Source of the DNA: Basidiobolus meristosporus CBS 931.73
Taxonomy: Eukaryota > Fungi > Basidiobolomycota
NCBI GenBank assembly: GCA_002104905.1
Contig: MCFE01000636.1
Span: 1 to 51,032, forward strand
Length of the DNA stretch: 51,032 nt
Direction: 5' to 3'
Below are positions 9,412 to 25,606 of this stretch, in pieces. Under the pieces are notes generated by a model, which ran no database searches, was not told the DNA's origin, and saw only the letters and a list, made by a program, of their open reading frames with translations. The first letter of the stretch is position 1. The number at the start of each line of letters is the position of its first letter. Position numbers and translations under genes: made by a program.

Positions 9412-12400
9412 ACTGAACAGAGAGCGGATATTTCGAGTGATTGTTACTAGATCCTTTATATACCCACCACCATGCATTCCCATACAGCCGAACTTCCCTC
9501 GACTAGTTATTTGGGCAATGAATTAACCCATTTTGCCACTTACTCGAGCATTATTGCCAATCGGGCTCACATTTCCAAATTTAGAAGATAAACAAACAAA
9601 CCCGCTAGAGAACACCACTGATTTTAGGCCATCTTCCTATATTACTGCATCCCAAGCAGAAACCAAGCAATGACTCTCGATCCTGAATGAGTGCCCGATT
9701 ATAGCTGAAGTTCTCTACTAACTCTCTGTAGCCTTAAGAGTACATAAAGCATTGAAACCACCACACGATGAACTCGTGCTTGTGACTGCCTACCTGGTTT
9801 TTGTTTATGTAAATAGAATGCTACCAGCGAAGCATTCAGTTTGTGGGAAATAAACATACTAGGGCTATGGGTTGAACCAGCCAACCAGGAATACTGGCTT
9901 CTATATTTGGTTTTTCTTCTTCCACCCAACATTTACGAATTCTGTTAAAGGCCAAACAAACGTAGTTTAACTGTTTTATAGCCCACGTATTGGCGTCTGC
10001 TCCGACTGTTTCAAGTCTTCGACAATCTTAGTATGGTTGCTTATTTTTGCTGGGTGGCTCCGCGGATCTTCTGATGGATGGTCAATATGGAATGGAAGGA
10101 AACCCCGGAATCACTCTTTGGTATGATCTTTGAAATCCGGCTCGTGCTCAAATATCGAAGGCAAAACGTCCGCTGATCTTTGTCCCCGGAACATTGAAAT
10201 CTTACGAACAAACTGGACATGGATTCTGCACAAGAGCAATGGAATGCTTAAATATGCTAGCATTTGTTAAGAACTGACCAGAGATCAAAATTCATCTGGG
10301 GGTGCCCACTACCAAATAAGTGACCGTTATGACTAAAATGGCTTTCTACACTCAACGGATTCTAATTGTGAACTGTCTCGGATTCAAAAAATAATTCTAA
10401 AAATAGATCCGAATTCAGATCGCAATGCTCTTTTGCTGTCTACAATGTGTTTGCACCTCTTTTTCAAGTCCCATTAATACAGTAATCTCGGCACACAAGC
10501 AGATTGCCCCACTGTTTACGAAAATGATAACCAGTACTACTCGATAACGTTGGGAAGTCGAAGATGAACAACCATAGAATCGACACAGTGCCTAGTTCGC
10601 AACCAGCTATGGAAGTCAAGTATCAAAATCGGTAGATACAAATTTCGCACTTACCAACGAGGACCTGAATATGATAGCTGAATCTGCGACTCCACTAATG
10701 CACAGGGCTGTTTACAACAAGGCCAATCCACCTGGCCTGAATATTTCTGTAACCTTTCACAGACACTTGGCGAGAGGGATTTTAGGACAGGATAAAGGTA
10801 TAAATATATGAAGATTCCGCAACAACACGACATATAGCTAATGGAGAAGGCTCAGAAGACCAAGTATGCGCATCGGCTGTTGAAACTTTCAGCCAGGCAA
10901 TAGGTCTTGTCTGTGTAATAAACGATGCAAAACAACCCGCATGGTATAAGGCTGTTCAAGCCATATCTTTCGCACATGGAAATTTGAAGTAAAAACCATT
11001 GAAACAAAAGTTCATTATAGCAACTCGTAGATGTACGAAAAGTGAGAGATGAGATGATCAATGGCCTTTGTAAGGAATTGGCTACTATTATAAATCAGCG
11101 CGAGTAATCATGATCACAATAAGGTATTATGGCCAGGTCTGCCAATTTGGACCAGTCCAAGACCCAAAAGGATCAATTGCTTAACGGGTTTCTCTGGCAA
11201 TAAATGATTCACAAGCTAACATCCGAAACGATAACCAAGTTTTCAGGCTTCATGATGCTCACATTAAGCAATCCTAATAATGTTTGATTGGTAAGATTAA
11301 TCAAACTTCATCAAATACCCAAGCCATCATTATATGTTGATCTATCTGCAAACTAGCCAATAATTCCCCAACCCCACCAATACATACATCCAATGGATGG
11401 GTGAATTGGTGGTGCAATAGAATTTGCATTGTCTGATGCCCATGGATAAATCTGGAAGTTTCGGATATGGTTTATTCCGAATTTGGCATGTCATTGCTCC
11501 TACATGAGCTTCCTCGACAATTTGGATTTGTAATGAGCCTATGCATTAGCAAGGGGTTTGTCTGCTCTTGAATACAGGAAATTCGTCACTTGCTTCCTCA
11601 CCGTAGCAAAAGATCAAGCTTCTGCTGTCATGAGCAAAGGAATGGATGTGATTGTATGTTTCAGCAGCTACCTGATTGCCAATTTTGGCGATTCGGGAAA
11701 ACTACCCGAAATCATGCCTGCTTTTGGTGATTAGTGTTACGCGTGTTCCATTTCAGCCAATCATCTCTCGACTTCAGCTCAAGAAATCACAATAAACCAG
11801 CACTGATGGTGCAATCATGTTCGGAGATGGTGTGTGTTTGCGTGATCTTGAGTCAAAAAGCAATGTTACCTCAGAATGGCGAGCCAATGGCTGGAGTTCA
11901 ACAGAGTAACATGATCTTTCGTGCGTTTCAGCCATCTCTGTTTCGATCGAGTATGACTCAATCAGCAGCCAAAATAAAGTTGAGCTAGAATCAAGAGTAA
12001 TTTTGTGGGGCCTCGATGGCCATTGAATCAAAGGGAAGCAGAGGTACCATGTAGCATATAGATGTCCGATCGCATTGTTAAGGAATTCTAGTGGATTATT
12101 AATGTAGTTCAACCCATATAGTTGGTGAATATGAGTGGGGACACTTCATCATGCTGCCATGATGGCGATTTATGGCGTGATTGTCCTTCAAAGGCGGCCT
12201 CCGTGCTAAGATGTACTAGAGTCATCCTGAATTGGGAATATTAGGCGATGGCGAGATCAATATAAAGATACAGCTCGCATTCCCCGTTCATCAATACAGA
12301 CCAGCTTGGGCCTTTTACCAATCTCCCTTGGGCTCTCGAAGAGTATTCTTATCTATCAATTGTATATTTTTACATTCCTAATCTCTCTGCATTCCCACCA

Positions 12401-12440
12401 TACTTCTCATTCGAATTGATACACTTCTAAACTAGCAAAG

Positions 12441-15400
12441 ATGCCTAGCCTTGAAAACGTGTTCAGCGGGGAATCCGCAGCTTCTCGCATTGCATATGCC
12501 TATAGCGAAGCCATCTTAGTTGTGCAGAATACAAAGGAAAAGCCCAACTTTTTTCTTGGTATCGATGAATTGATCCAAAACCAAGAAACCAATACTATTG
12601 GTGTGGTTCCGGAGGTTGTGCTTATCCCATCTACCTTTGACATCGCTGCTGCCTATCGCAACCTCAGTACAAAATATACCAGGGTCTCTTTGTACACCTC
12701 GTCCAAGAATCTACTTCGATTGATCCCTCTCCTCTACCAACTTGCGTCTGAACAGGCTTCCACAGTCATCCACGTTGCTGCCGAAAGCAGCGATGCCTTC
12801 AACGCTTCACCCTTTGGTGATTATTCAGATCTGATGGCTGTCAGAGACACTGGCGTTGCGATGTTGGGATCTCATACTGTTCAGGATTGCTACAATTTAT
12901 CCATTGTGGCTTATCTCTCTTCTCTCAAGTCCAAAACCCCTTTCATTCATTTCTTTGACAGTCAGCACTTGTCACACAAGAATTCCCAAGTCGATTTGCT
13001 TACTGAGGACGTTCTTGTTGGTTTGACCGAATTGGCAAGTGATCCTGTACCCGAGGTTGAATCCACCACCGAAGAGTCGCAACCAGCCCCCGAAGCCGAG
13101 ACCGAGGCGCCTGTCAAGAATTACGCTGTTACTCGTGGTGCTGATAGAAAGGAGATTCTAGAGTCTGTAACACAGATTATGACTTCACTGGAGGCGACTT
13201 TCGATAAGCTCTACTCGCCTATCACCTTCTCTGGCAACCCAGAGGCTGAATTAGCTATCGTGGCCTTGGGAGCCAGTGTTAGTGTTGTCGAAGAGGCGTT
13301 CACGCAAATTTCCTCTCGGGATCAATTTGGACTTGTTAAGGTGTATCTCTTTAGACCTTGGGACGAGCAGCAATTCCTTGACTTGGTTCCAAAAAACGTC
13401 AAGAAGATTGCAGTGCTTGAGCAATCGTCCGATCCTTCCAACATCTGGGGGCCATTGTTTCTGGACACAACCACTTGCTTCCAAAGCGCTCAATGGCTTC
13501 AAACCTCCCCCCATATTGTCTCCGGTCATTATGGCGGGCCCCTGAGAAACTTCACTCCTGGCATGGTGAATGATCTCGTGGATACTCTTCAATCTGCTGA
13601 ATCCAAGAGTTATTTCCAATTGGGATCGGAGGAGGTCGCTATTGCGGGCGAACCCCAAGTTAGTTCGGGCAACATACCAGAGGATGCTGCCGAGTTGCCA
13701 TATCTCAAACTCCTTGCTCACCTGTTCGGAGAGCGCTTGAGAATTGTTAATGCTTCCAGATCTGCTTCTGTCTGGTCAGCTACCTCAACTGCACAGACCA
13801 ACACCCCTGAGTTTGGCTTTGGTGTCATCATCGCCGACATCCAGCAACGCAATCGCCTGGCAGAAAAAATCACCGCTGTTCTGAAGGACAACGCGGTTTC
13901 AATCTCTGAGGAGTTGCACGTCGCCTTGTCCAAGTGGGTCTTACACCGTAACGATTCTACCGAGTCTCTTAATGCCGACAAAGAGCTATCCCAACTCTTG
14001 AAGGCGGAGCACAACAAGCACGCTGTGTTGGAAGAGGTTTATAAATACCAACAGACCAACCAATTGGCAAAACCTGCTCGTTGGCTCATTGGGTCCGATG
14101 AGTGGGCTTACGATCTAGGTAACAGTGGGGTGCACCATGTCGTCTCCTCTGGTGAAAACGTCAATATGCTTGTTGTTGACACCACACCCTACACCGAAAA
14201 AGATAGATGGGTTGCTGAGAAGCGCAAGAAGGATATCGGTCTCTATGCCATGAACTACGGCAAAGTTTACGTTGCTTCTGTGGCAGTGTACTCTTCGTAT
14301 ACACAGGTTCTTCATGCACTTATGGAGGCTGAGGCTTACGATGGTCCTTCAGTTGTTTTGGCATACATGCCTATTAACAGCGATGAAGGCGAGAAGGGCC
14401 GCAATCCCATAACCGTGCTTAAGGAAACTAAGCTAGCTGTTGACACCGGATACTGGCCGTTATATCGTTGGAATCCCGATTTGGAAGCTCAGGGTTTAGA
14501 ATCATTCATCCTTGACTCCGAAAAAATCAAGGCTGATTTGCAGAAATTCCTGGCTCGTGAGAATCAGCTTAACATCCTGGCCAATGCCAAGCCAACCTTG
14601 GCAAAATCGTTGGAGTCCTCAGTTGAGCATGATGTTCGTGAACGCCATACTTCACTCGTAAAGGAAGCAAAATCCGCCTTTAACAAGCTTCTTAACGGAT
14701 TGAATGGCCCACCACTGCTTATTCTTGTATCCTCTGACGGTGGTAACGCTGCTACCTTGGCGAAGCGTCTGGACAGAAACGCTAAATGCCGCGGTATGAA
14801 CTCACGTGTTCTTGGCATGGATGAATTCCCTGCTGAGGATCTTGGCCTTGAAACCAATGTCATATTCATTATTTCCACTGCCGGTCAAGGTGAGTTCCCT
14901 ACCAATGGAAGGGAATTCTGGAAGGTTCTCTCCTCAACCGATTTGGCACTGAAGGATACCAATTTCTCAGTGTTTGGTCTTGGTGACAGCCATTACTGGC
15001 CTCGTCCTGAAGATCACATCTTCTACAACAAGCCAGCCAAGGATGTCAACAACAGACTCTTCGAACTTGGTGCTGTCCGATTCGCTCCACTTGGACTTGG
15101 GGATGATCAAGATGCCGATGGCTTTGAAACTGGCTACCAAGAGTGGGAGCCCAAGTTGTGGGAAGCTCTCGGGGTTGATATCATTGAAGGTGCCGGCCCT
15201 GCTGAGGAACCTACAATTACTGATGACCAGATGAAGACCGGAAGTAACTTCCTTCGCGGTAGCATTGCTGAAGGTCTCGCTGACACTTCCACTGGTGCTC
15301 TTTGCGAGACCGATACCAAGCTGACCAAATTCCATGGAATTTACCAGCAAGATGATCGTGATTTACGTGAAGAACGTCAAAAGCAAGGTCTCGAGAAGGC

Positions 15401-16892
15401 GTATTCTTTCATGGTTCGAGTTCGTCTTCCAGGTGGTATTGCCACTCCGGAGCAATGGTTGGCTATGGATGATATCGCAACCGATCTTGCTAATGGTACT
15501 TTGAAGCTGACCACCCGTCAAACGTTCCAGCTCCATGGGGTCCTGAAGAGAAACTTGAAGAACAGTATCCGTGATATCAACAAGGCTCTCATGGACACTC
15601 TTGCCGCTTGTGGCGATGTCAACCGTAACGTTATGTGCTCTCCCAACCCGGATTCAACTCCAGTCCATCGTGAAGTCTTCGAGTTCTCCAAGAACCTTAG
15701 TGAACACTTACTCCCTCAAACCTCCGCATATCACGAAATCTGGCTCTCGGATTCTGTCGTAAGCGGAAACGCTGTTCAGGACTATGAACCACTGTACGGA
15801 CCCACCTATCTTCCACGCAAGTTCAAGATCGCTGTTGCTATTCCACCTAGTAACGACGTAGATGTTTTCGCTCACTGCCTTGGCTACATTGCCATCATTG
15901 AGGATGGAAAGCTTCTCGGTTACAACGTGACCGTTGGTGGTGGTATGGGTATGACACATAACAATAAGAAGACCTTCCCCCGACTCGCTGAGGTCATGGG
16001 CTTCTGCACGCCCGAACAGGCCATCGAGGTCGGAGAAAAGGTTATGCTTGTGCAAAGAGACTATGGTGTCCGTACCAACCGCAAGCATGCTCGTCTCAAG
16101 TATACCATCGACGATCGTGGCCTTGATTGGTTCCGCGGAGAGGTCGAAGAGCGCCTAGGCTACAAGTTACAGCCCGCTCGTCCTTACGAATTCGCCCACA
16201 ACGGCGATCGTTATGGTTGGAGAAGAGACGATACCGGCACCTGGCAATTTGGTATGTACCTGGAGAACGGTAGAATCAAGGACACCCCCGATTTTATGTG
16301 GAAGACTGGCTTAAGAGAAATCGCCAAGGCCCACAAAGGATTGTTCCGCATTACCCCTAACCAGAATTTAATCCTTGCCGGGGTTACGGACGAAGAATTG
16401 CCCAAGATGAAGGAGCTTCTTCGTCAGTATAATCTTGATAATGTGAATCACAGCGGTTTGCGTCTTGGGTCCATGGCATGCGTCGCATTGCCCACCTGTG
16501 GCTTGGCGATGGCCGAAAGTGAGCGTTACCTTCCTTCATTGATCTCGAAGATTGACAAAGTCATCGAGGAAGCTGGTCTTCGCGACGACTCCATTACCAT
16601 TCGTATGACTGGCTGTCCCAATGGCTGTGCCCGCCCGTATGTGGCGGAGATCGCATTTGTTGGCAAAGCACCCGGAACATACAACCTTTACCTTGGAGGT
16701 GGTCACGCGGGACAGCGCCTTAACAAGCTCTACAAGGAATCCATTCAGGAAGAGGAGATCATCGAGGTACTAAGCCCTCTTATCAAAACCTACGCCCTCG
16801 AGCGCGAGGACGGGGAGAAGTTTGGTGATTTTGTCATTCGGAAAAAATACATCAAGGCTACTATCCAAGGTGGTGACTTCCACGATTTGTAA
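12441..16892 (+). CDS. MET5: Sulfite reductase (NADPH) beta/hemoprotein subunit, fungal Met5 architecture
   Basis: 1483-aa intronless ORF with PFOR-like N-terminal domains, flavodoxin ([17 protein letters not shown]) and NIR/SIR domains with siroheme/Fe-S cysteines CVALPTC and GCPNGC. Confidence 0.95.
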   Translation: MPSLENVFSGESAASRIAYAYSEAILVVQNTKEKPNFFLGIDELIQNQETNTIGVVPEVVLIPSTFDIAAAYRNLSTKYTRVSLYTSSKNLLRLIPLLYQLASEQASTVIHVAAESSDAFNASPFGDYSDLMAVRDTGVAMLGSHTVQDCYNLSIVAYLSSLKSKTPFIHFFDSQHLSHKNSQVDLLTEDVLVGLTELASDPVPEVESTTEESQPAPEAETEAPVKNYAVTRGADRKEILESVTQIMTSLEATFDKLYSPITFSGNPEAELAIVALGASVSVVEEAFTQISSRDQFGLVKVYLFRPWDEQQFLDLVPKNVKKIAVLEQSSDPSNIWGPLFLDTTTCFQSAQWLQTSPHIVSGHYGGPLRNFTPGMVNDLVDTLQSAESKSYFQLGSEEVAIAGEPQVSSGNIPEDAAELPYLKLLAHLFGERLRIVNASRSASVWSATSTAQTNTPEFGFGVIIADIQQRNRLAEKITAVLKDNAVSISEELHVALSKWVLHRNDSTESLNADKELSQLLKAEHNKHAVLEEVYKYQQTNQLAKPARWLIGSDEWAYDLGNSGVHHVVSSGENVNMLVVDTTPYTEKDRWVAEKRKKDIGLYAMNYGKVYVASVAVYSSYTQVLHALMEAEAYDGPSVVLAYMPINSDEGEKGRNPITVLKETKLAVDTGYWPLYRWNPDLEAQGLESFILDSEKIKADLQKFLARENQLNILANAKPTLAKSLESSVEHDVRERHTSLVKEAKSAFNKLLNGLNGPPLLILVSSDGGNAATLAKRLDRNAKCRGMNSRVLGMDEFPAEDLGLETNVIFIISTAGQGEFPTNGREFWKVLSSTDLALKDTNFSVFGLGDSHYWPRPEDHIFYNKPAKDVNNRLFELGAVRFAPLGLGDDQDADGFETGYQEWEPKLWEALGVDIIEGAGPAEEPTITDDQMKTGSNFLRGSIAEGLADTSTGALCETDTKLTKFHGIYQQDDRDLREERQKQGLEKAYSFMVRVRLPGGIATPEQWLAMDDIATDLANGTLKLTTRQTFQLHGVLKRNLKNSIRDINKALMDTLAACGDVNRNVMCSPNPDSTPVHREVFEFSKNLSEHLLPQTSAYHEIWLSDSVVSGNAVQDYEPLYGPTYLPRKFKIAVAIPPSNDVDVFAHCLGYIAIIEDGKLLGYNVTVGGGMGMTHNNKKTFPRLAEVMGFCTPEQAIEVGEKVMLVQRDYGVRTNRKHARLKYTIDDRGLDWFRGEVEERLGYKLQPARPYEFAHNGDRYGWRRDDTGTWQFGMYLENGRIKDTPDFMWKTGLREIAKAHKGLFRITPNQNLILAGVTDEELPKMKELLRQYNLDNVNHSGLRLGSMACVALPTCGLAMAESERYLPSLISKIDKVIEEAGLRDDSITIRMTGCPNGCARPYVAEIAFVGKAPGTYNLYLGGGHAGQRLNKLYKESIQEEEIIEVLSPLIKTYALEREDGEKFGDFVIRKKYIKATIQGGDFHDL

Positions 16893-17385
16893 ATATTTCG
16901 AAGGCATATCCAGGAACCACTCTGAACATTGACTACCCACCCTTACGAACAATACACGATTCTCCTCATTTGTATAAGTTATAATGGCATATTAATTCTA
17001 TTCATGCTACTTCGATACGGTGTAAAACCACCACATAGCCCAAAACAATAAAGACAGACTAAATCTCATCATGATTTGCAGTGCAGTAGTGTGGTGTAGT
17101 TGTTGAGCAAAGTCAAAGCGCGACGCCAACGTTACCTGTTGGCCAATAACTCCAAGTACTTCGGCCAGTTGTTGAAAGGCAGTCCCGGAGTTTGATCGGC
17201 ACCGATGGTTTACCTGGTGGATCCAGCATCGATGTATCTGAGTACAAGTGTAGCCACAAAAAAAGCGGAAATCAGAGGACGGGCCAATGAAATCCCCGTC
17301 CGAGGGCCAGATCCAAAAAGTGCACGATGCATAAAAGTGTTCGCATTCCGAGAACAACCCTTCCTTTTCCCTTGATTTGTCCATC

Positions 17386-18302
17386 ATGGTACGTATTTAA
17401 CAGTTTTCGATCCAACGCAATCAGTGTGACGGTGTAAATGGATGGATGATTGACAGACATCGGATATATCTAGTACTGGCCACAATTAACGGTTAACATG
17501 CTTCGTGTAGGCTCGCGGACCAAAGAAGCATTTGAAGCGTCTCAATGCTCCCAAGCATTGGATGTTGGACAAACTTACTGGTACTTATGCCCCCAGACCT
17601 TCTGCTGGCCCCCACAAGCTCCGTGAGTGCTTGCCTTTGGTCATCTTCTTGAGAAACAGACTCAAGTATGCTCTTACCAAGAAGGAGGTCCAAAGCATTC
17701 TCATGCAACGCCTCGTCAAGGTTGATGGTAAGGTCAGAACCGACACCACCTACCCCTCCGGCTTCATGGATGTCATCAGCATCGAACAAACCGGTGAACA
17801 CTTCCGCCTTGTTTACGATACCAAGGGCCGTTTCACTGTTCACAGAATCTCCGGTGAAGAGGCTGGCTACAAGCTTTGCAAAGTCAAGAAGGTCCAAATT
17901 GGCGCCAAGGGTATTCCTTTCGTCATCACCCACGACGGCCGTACCCTTCGTTATCCCGACCCCTTGGTCAAGGCTAACGACACCGTCAAGCTTGACCTCG
18001 AGACTGGTAAGATGACCGACTTCGTCAAGTTCGATGTTGGTAACGTCGCCATGATCACTGGTGGACGTAACATGGGTCGTGTTGGTATCATCACCCATCG
18101 TGAGAAGCACCACGGTGGCTTCGATATTGTTCACGTTAAGGACGTTTTGGATCGCCAATTCGCCACCCGTTTGTCCAATGTCTTCGTTATTGGCCAAGGC
18201 AACAAGCCTTGGGTCAGTCTTCCCAAGAACAAGGGTGTCAAGCTCACCATCACTGAAGAGCGTGACCGCAGAAGAGAGAGACAATTAGCTGGCTCCGCCT
18301 AA
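17386..18302 (+). CDS. RPS4: 40S ribosomal protein S4 (eS4); intron 17389-17510 directly after the ATG
   Basis: ATG|GTACGT..TAG|GCT CGC GGA CCA gives [23 protein letters not shown]; full eS4 sequence follows to the TAA. Confidence 0.98.
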
Positions 18303-18928
18303 TAATCTTCATTGTATTAAATCCAAAATAAACTCCATCTTTTGGTTGCAATACCATGCATCTGATAGATATCTTTTGAATAGTAATGGGCAAGCGCTGA
18401 GTAAGGCGACATGGTCTTGGGCATCTGGTAGTCATATCAAGGAACACAGGCAGAGGCAGAAGCCGCTTCTGATATCCAAGTTGTGTATAAAGATCGTGGT
18501 CTTTAGTCAGTTGGGTATTGACAGATGGGGCCAGAAAATATCAGGGTGAAGTGTGGCGATGATAGCACCTTCTGCTCGGCCAAGTATCAGTAGGTTTCGG
18601 AATACGATCCATGTCAGTATCCTCTACATACTATGGCCTGGCCTTCTTTTCTGCTTCACGTCTAATTCAATCCCCCTCGGATATTAATATTACCGAGGTT
18701 GTCAAACCACGCCGATCACACACGGAGTATTCTTCGAACAGTTGAAGAGTATATTTGTAGCAAGATAGATGTTACAAGAAAATTAATGTTATGAGAGCAA
18801 AGTGAAGAAACACGAAACAAAAGAAGTAGATAACAAGCATGGGGCTAGAACTCTGGGATACTCTAACGGAGTTTTGATATATGAATAACTGCAAGTAGCC
18901 AAGTCAATAGAACTATGTGAAATCAAGT

Positions 18929-21204
<2,276 letters not shown>

Positions 21205-21668
21205 TTTGAACTAACAAACTCGAAGGGTATAACTTGGTTGAGAAATTCACCCAAAGAAAATATCGGTTCCTATGTGGTTGTCAAAAAATAGGGGCCTCTT
21301 GATCGATCCCCCAGATTAGCGCTACGAATTTTCCAATCATGTTGGCATGATTCACTTCATTCGTGTTCGCCATTTCCTAATGGACTTGAAATGCTATTCT
21401 ACAGTTGAAAGGGTGTTGCTGGATTTGACGCTGACTCATCATTGCTGCTTATGGCTTCAAGCACATTCGTGGTGCATGCCACCCTCGTCCCACCCGCCCA
21501 CTGAGCTAGAGGCAATGGTTCGTTGCAACAGTATGTTATAGATGACAAATGCTTTATTGATAGAAGAGAGTGGTTGCTGCAAATTGGGTCATTCGGGTTC
21601 CACGGCACGATGGAATCGAAATTTGTTAAGTCCCTATGGCAGGGTATAATGGAATGCAATTCTAGATT

Positions 21669-22433
21669 TTATGTGCGGTTGGAGCGATTGCCATACTCGA
21701 AGAGTGGGGCTTGCTTCCAGGTAACAGGCATCAAACCTACAATTACTCAGGTTAGTATTGAGTCTGAGGTGGCAGGGAAAAAAGAAATTACCCATAGCTC
21801 TAGCCCTCCGAATCGCCTTTCCGACCTTACGTTGACTCTTGGCGCTCAGCCCTGTGGTTCAAAGAGGTTAGGATATTTTCAAACAGCAGTCTGAAGTTAA
21901 ACTTACCAGTGGCGGTTCTTGGCAAGATTCTGCCCATTTGAGACACGTAGTTCGACAAAAGGGTGGTATTCTAGAGTCAATATGTGTTAACACTGCTGCG
22001 GAACAAGCTTCCGCCACAACCGATAAGCCTGTACTTGCCTTATACTCGTTGAGTGGGTTTAAATGAAGCTTTCGGAAGGGATCATTTTGACCCTTTTTAC
22101 GGGAGCGTGTACGAGGGATGTTTTCGTTGAAGTCCGAAGGAGCGTAGGTCTAACCATATCAAAAAACGTAAGCTTGAAGCCTAAACAGTACACGAGAAAA
22201 GTTGCAGTACTTCTTTAGGCAAGAAACGTTTGGCGAGTCCGGTAAGTTCGTACTTTGAGGTGTCTGCAAACGATGTCTTAGTACGGTCGCTTTGTATTGG
22301 TGACCAGGTTGAGCCTACCTTCGTTTTGGCATTTGACAGTAGTCGACAGTGATCGAGTGATAGTACGACTGCAAAGTGAAGCCTGAGCACGAGCTTGTTG
22401 GGCAAGCGAGAATGAAGCACGAAATAGAGACAT
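21669..22433 (-). CDS. RSM18: Mitochondrial ribosomal protein bS18m (Rsm18-like), 5 introns
   Basis: Spliced reading gives a presequence MSLFRASFSLAQQARA.., then KRFLPKE|TYAPSDF..DPFRKLHLNPLNEYK|NTTLLSNYVSQMGRILPRTATG|LSAKSQRKVGKAIRRARAMG|LMP, a clear S18 signature. GC-AG intron at 21971-22038. Confidence 0.9.
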
Positions 22434-23530
22434 GGTTAAGCTAGTACTGAACTCTGACACCTCAAATTATCTCTGGCGATGATAGATATCAACAGGCAAT
22501 GAGAAGCGAAGAGTCAATTTTTTTCGGCCACATCTTTCAGTTACTGCCTCTCCCGAATCATTTTCAAAAAGAATTCGCCAAACTGATCATTTAAATTGAT
22601 AAGTTAACCCATGGATTAGTCATAATTGGTTTTGAGCACATTTAATCATTATAGGGCGTCCGGGATAAACATGCAGAGCATACACAGGGCATCCGCCACT
22701 CCATAGGGCTAGCTCGACGTCTACCGGCAATTCTAGTGGGCCGACTCCACAATGCTACGGAAGCCTGTTTTTCATCCTCGCTTGCTTTCCACAGAAAATC
22801 ACAATTTTCCCTTCCACGCGATGAATACTCACTCTACCCATTCAGGGATTGATCTTCAAGCCTAAATGCCGATGCCATAGGAGTGGAAATATGATGTGCT
22901 GGCCATATTGGGGCTGATTAATTCATAGATCATCAAGGAGTAGCTTTCTAGCCCTCTACATGCTCATGGCTCCCTTTCTGTCTGCTGTTTCTAGATGGGA
23001 TACCTGCACTATAGGCTTCACCATCTACACATTGATATTACTAGACAACGCCCCCCTTATGTGCTGGTCGATCCGAGGAGATGACCTACATAAGAGAGAA
23101 AAACGGCCCCTCCACCATACATTGTACAGCGTATGGAAGCGAGCTGTAAACAACTACCTACTATTTATATTAATGTGCTATCAATCTAATGAATCGCATA
23201 TTAGGTGACACCTTAATTAAATGAGTCTGATACATGGATGGTTTTGTATACTTTAGGATATTGACTAATAAAAGGTGCCTATTTTTGACCCTCCCTCTGC
23301 ATCTTTTAAGAAAGCTTGATTGGCTGCATAATATCTGGAGAAACCCAAGTTACTTTTGAAACGGGCTTTGTCAAACCAGAAAAATGACCCTTAATGCACC
23401 ATGCTATTTCTACCCACTCCCCCTAGAATCCAATTCATCTCTCTATTGTTGTCGTTGCCTGAGAAAGTAGACTGTAGCTCTTCTCTTACCGTAGCGTTAA
23501 TCTGGTTACATTTCGTAAGCATCATCTGTA

Positions 23531-25606
23531 ATGACTGGTAAGTTAGACTCGGAGCGATTAGTCTCTTTCATTAAGAGTTAGTTTATTCTTCCCAACTACT
23601 TCCCGGAAAGCCAGCGAAAACTTAGTAACTTTGCACCTGATTCTTAAGTAGCTGATACTACCGAAGCTGCTGGTGGCTTGGCAAACAACTTTCGACGAAT
23701 GAGCGTTAGAGTAAGTAGATGTGACTATTCTTGGCCGTTACCCTACTTCCTACCACCATCTAGGGATTTTCACTGACCTTTCGTGTCTTTTCTCATACAG
23801 AACCCTCTGAAAAAGCAATTGAATGACTATGTTGGCTTCGCCAACCTTCCAAACCAGGTCCACCGAAAGTCCGTCAAAAAAGGCTTCCAGTTTACTTTTA
23901 TGGTTGTCGGTATGTAGGAGTGCCCTTGCTGAGTACCAAGTGAAGTTGAGTTTAACACGCGCCATTCACTAGGGGAGTCCGGCCTAGGGAAGTCCACCCT
24001 GGTGAATACACTTTGGAATTCAACCTTGTTGCCTCAGAAGAAGAGCGTGCCACTTGCTTTGGATGGCCCAAGAACTGTCTCTATACAGGCATACAATGCG
24101 GGTTGGTTTTGCTTTTGTGAAACGCCCTGATGACTGTGGCAGTCATTTGCTAACCCCTTCCCTTACCAATCAGAGCTTGTGGAAGATGGAGTTAAACTCG
24201 GATTAAACATCATCGACACCCCTGGATTTGGTGACTTTGTCAACAACGAAGAAAGGTGGGCGACCTCGAAGCTCGTGGTATCCAACAATATGCGCTAACC
24301 CCACATTTTCAAGCTGGAAGCCCATTCTTGAGGATATCGAGACTCGTTTCGATCTGTACCTAGAACGAGAGAGTAGCGCGAATCGTAGCAAGATGGAGGA
24401 CAATCGAGTTCACGCCTGCCTCTATTTTATTTCTCCTACAGGCCATGCGTACGTTCTCTATGTACCAATCCAATGAATAGCCGGTAACTCACAATGATAC
24501 AGCTTGAAGCCTCTCGATATCGAGTTCATGCGCCGACTCCATACCCGCGTTAACCTCATTCCAGTGATTGCCAAGTCCGACACCCTAACTGAAGTTGAAA
24601 TCAAGGAATTCAAGGAGAGAGTTAGTGACATTACGAGCTATCTAGCACAGCAATTCCGTCAAGAGGCTCATCATTGTTTGCTTTCTAGATCTTGGAAGAT
24701 ATTCAGCACCACAAGATCCAAATCTTCAAGCCTACTCCTTACATATATGATGATCCAGAAACCATTGCCGAGAATAAGGAGATCATGGATAAGGTGCCAT
24801 TTGCTATAGTCGGCAGCGAGAAGGAGATCGAAGTGAACGGTAAAATGGTGCGTGGCCGTAAATATCCGTGGGGCGTTATCGAAGGTAAGGCGAATTGGGA
24901 GGCACTAGATCATCTGGGCAGCGTGTTCACCGCTATCTCCAATTAATCTAGTCGAAAACGAAGACCATTGCGATTTCGTGAAGCTTCGGCAGATGCTTAT
25001 CAGGTAATCTCCAGTTACACGATGTATAAAATTCGTTCATGGGGAAAATAAGCATTAATCTTGGTGTAACCACACAGAACCCATATGGAAGAGCTACGTG
25101 AGTACACTAACACAGTACTGTACGAAAACTACCGTACTGCCAAGTTGGAGTCTTTGGGCGTTGTTCAAGATAGCTCGGTCTTCAAAGAAATCAAGTAAGT
25201 CCGTGTTTGGTTCGGGCGGTGGTTTTCTCATACTGACGGTTCCTTTGAAATCTCAGCCCTCTCGCCAAAATGGAAGAGGAGCGTAAGGTCCACGAAGCTA
25301 AGATGAAGAAGATGGAGAGCGAGATGATGAATGTCTTCCAGCAAAAGGTTCAGGAAAAAGAGGCTAAATTGAAGCAGACCGAGGAAGAGGTACCGTAACA
25401 TGATGACCAGCCAATCGGCTCGTGAATCGGATGTCTAACCACTATTGCTTGTCAAATAGCTTCACTCACGTCATAAGGAGATGAAAGAAACATTAGAGAA
25501 GCAACGACTGGAATTGGAAGAGAAGAAGAAGAGGCTGGAAACTGCGGGTCGACCCATTACACCCGACAAGTCCGTTCGCAAGAAGACCTTTGGATTCCCC
25601 AAGTAA
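23531..25606 (+). CDS. CDC3: Septin, Cdc3/AspB type, multi-intron
   Basis: [52 protein letters not shown] and a C-terminal coiled coil ending KKTFGFPK*. The first mini-exon (ATG 23531) is inferred from splice signals. Confidence 0.92.

Noticed and set aside
13251-16952. Many antisense and alternate-frame ORFs inside MET5, and similar ones in fasciclin, ZIP, SRP54 and GH72
   Set aside because: Explained by the real CDS; no motifs of their own.
17493-18284. 263-aa antisense ORF over RPS4
   Set aside because: Typical shadow of strong codon bias in a highly expressed gene, with no recognisable protein.
21523-21894. 123-aa plus-strand ORF
   Set aside because: Antisense to the last exons and introns of the S18 gene, starts at TTG, and has no recognisable features.
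22074-22087. GGAAGGGATCATTT resembling the 18S/ITS1 junction or U3 box A
   Set aside because: It is the antisense of a coding exon of the mitochondrial S18 gene (NDPFRK), and there is no flanking rRNA sequence.
22826-23140. GPSTIHCTAY resembling a tyrosine-phosphatase active-site loop
   Set aside because: The frame has many stops and lacks the catalytic Arg; consistent with chance.
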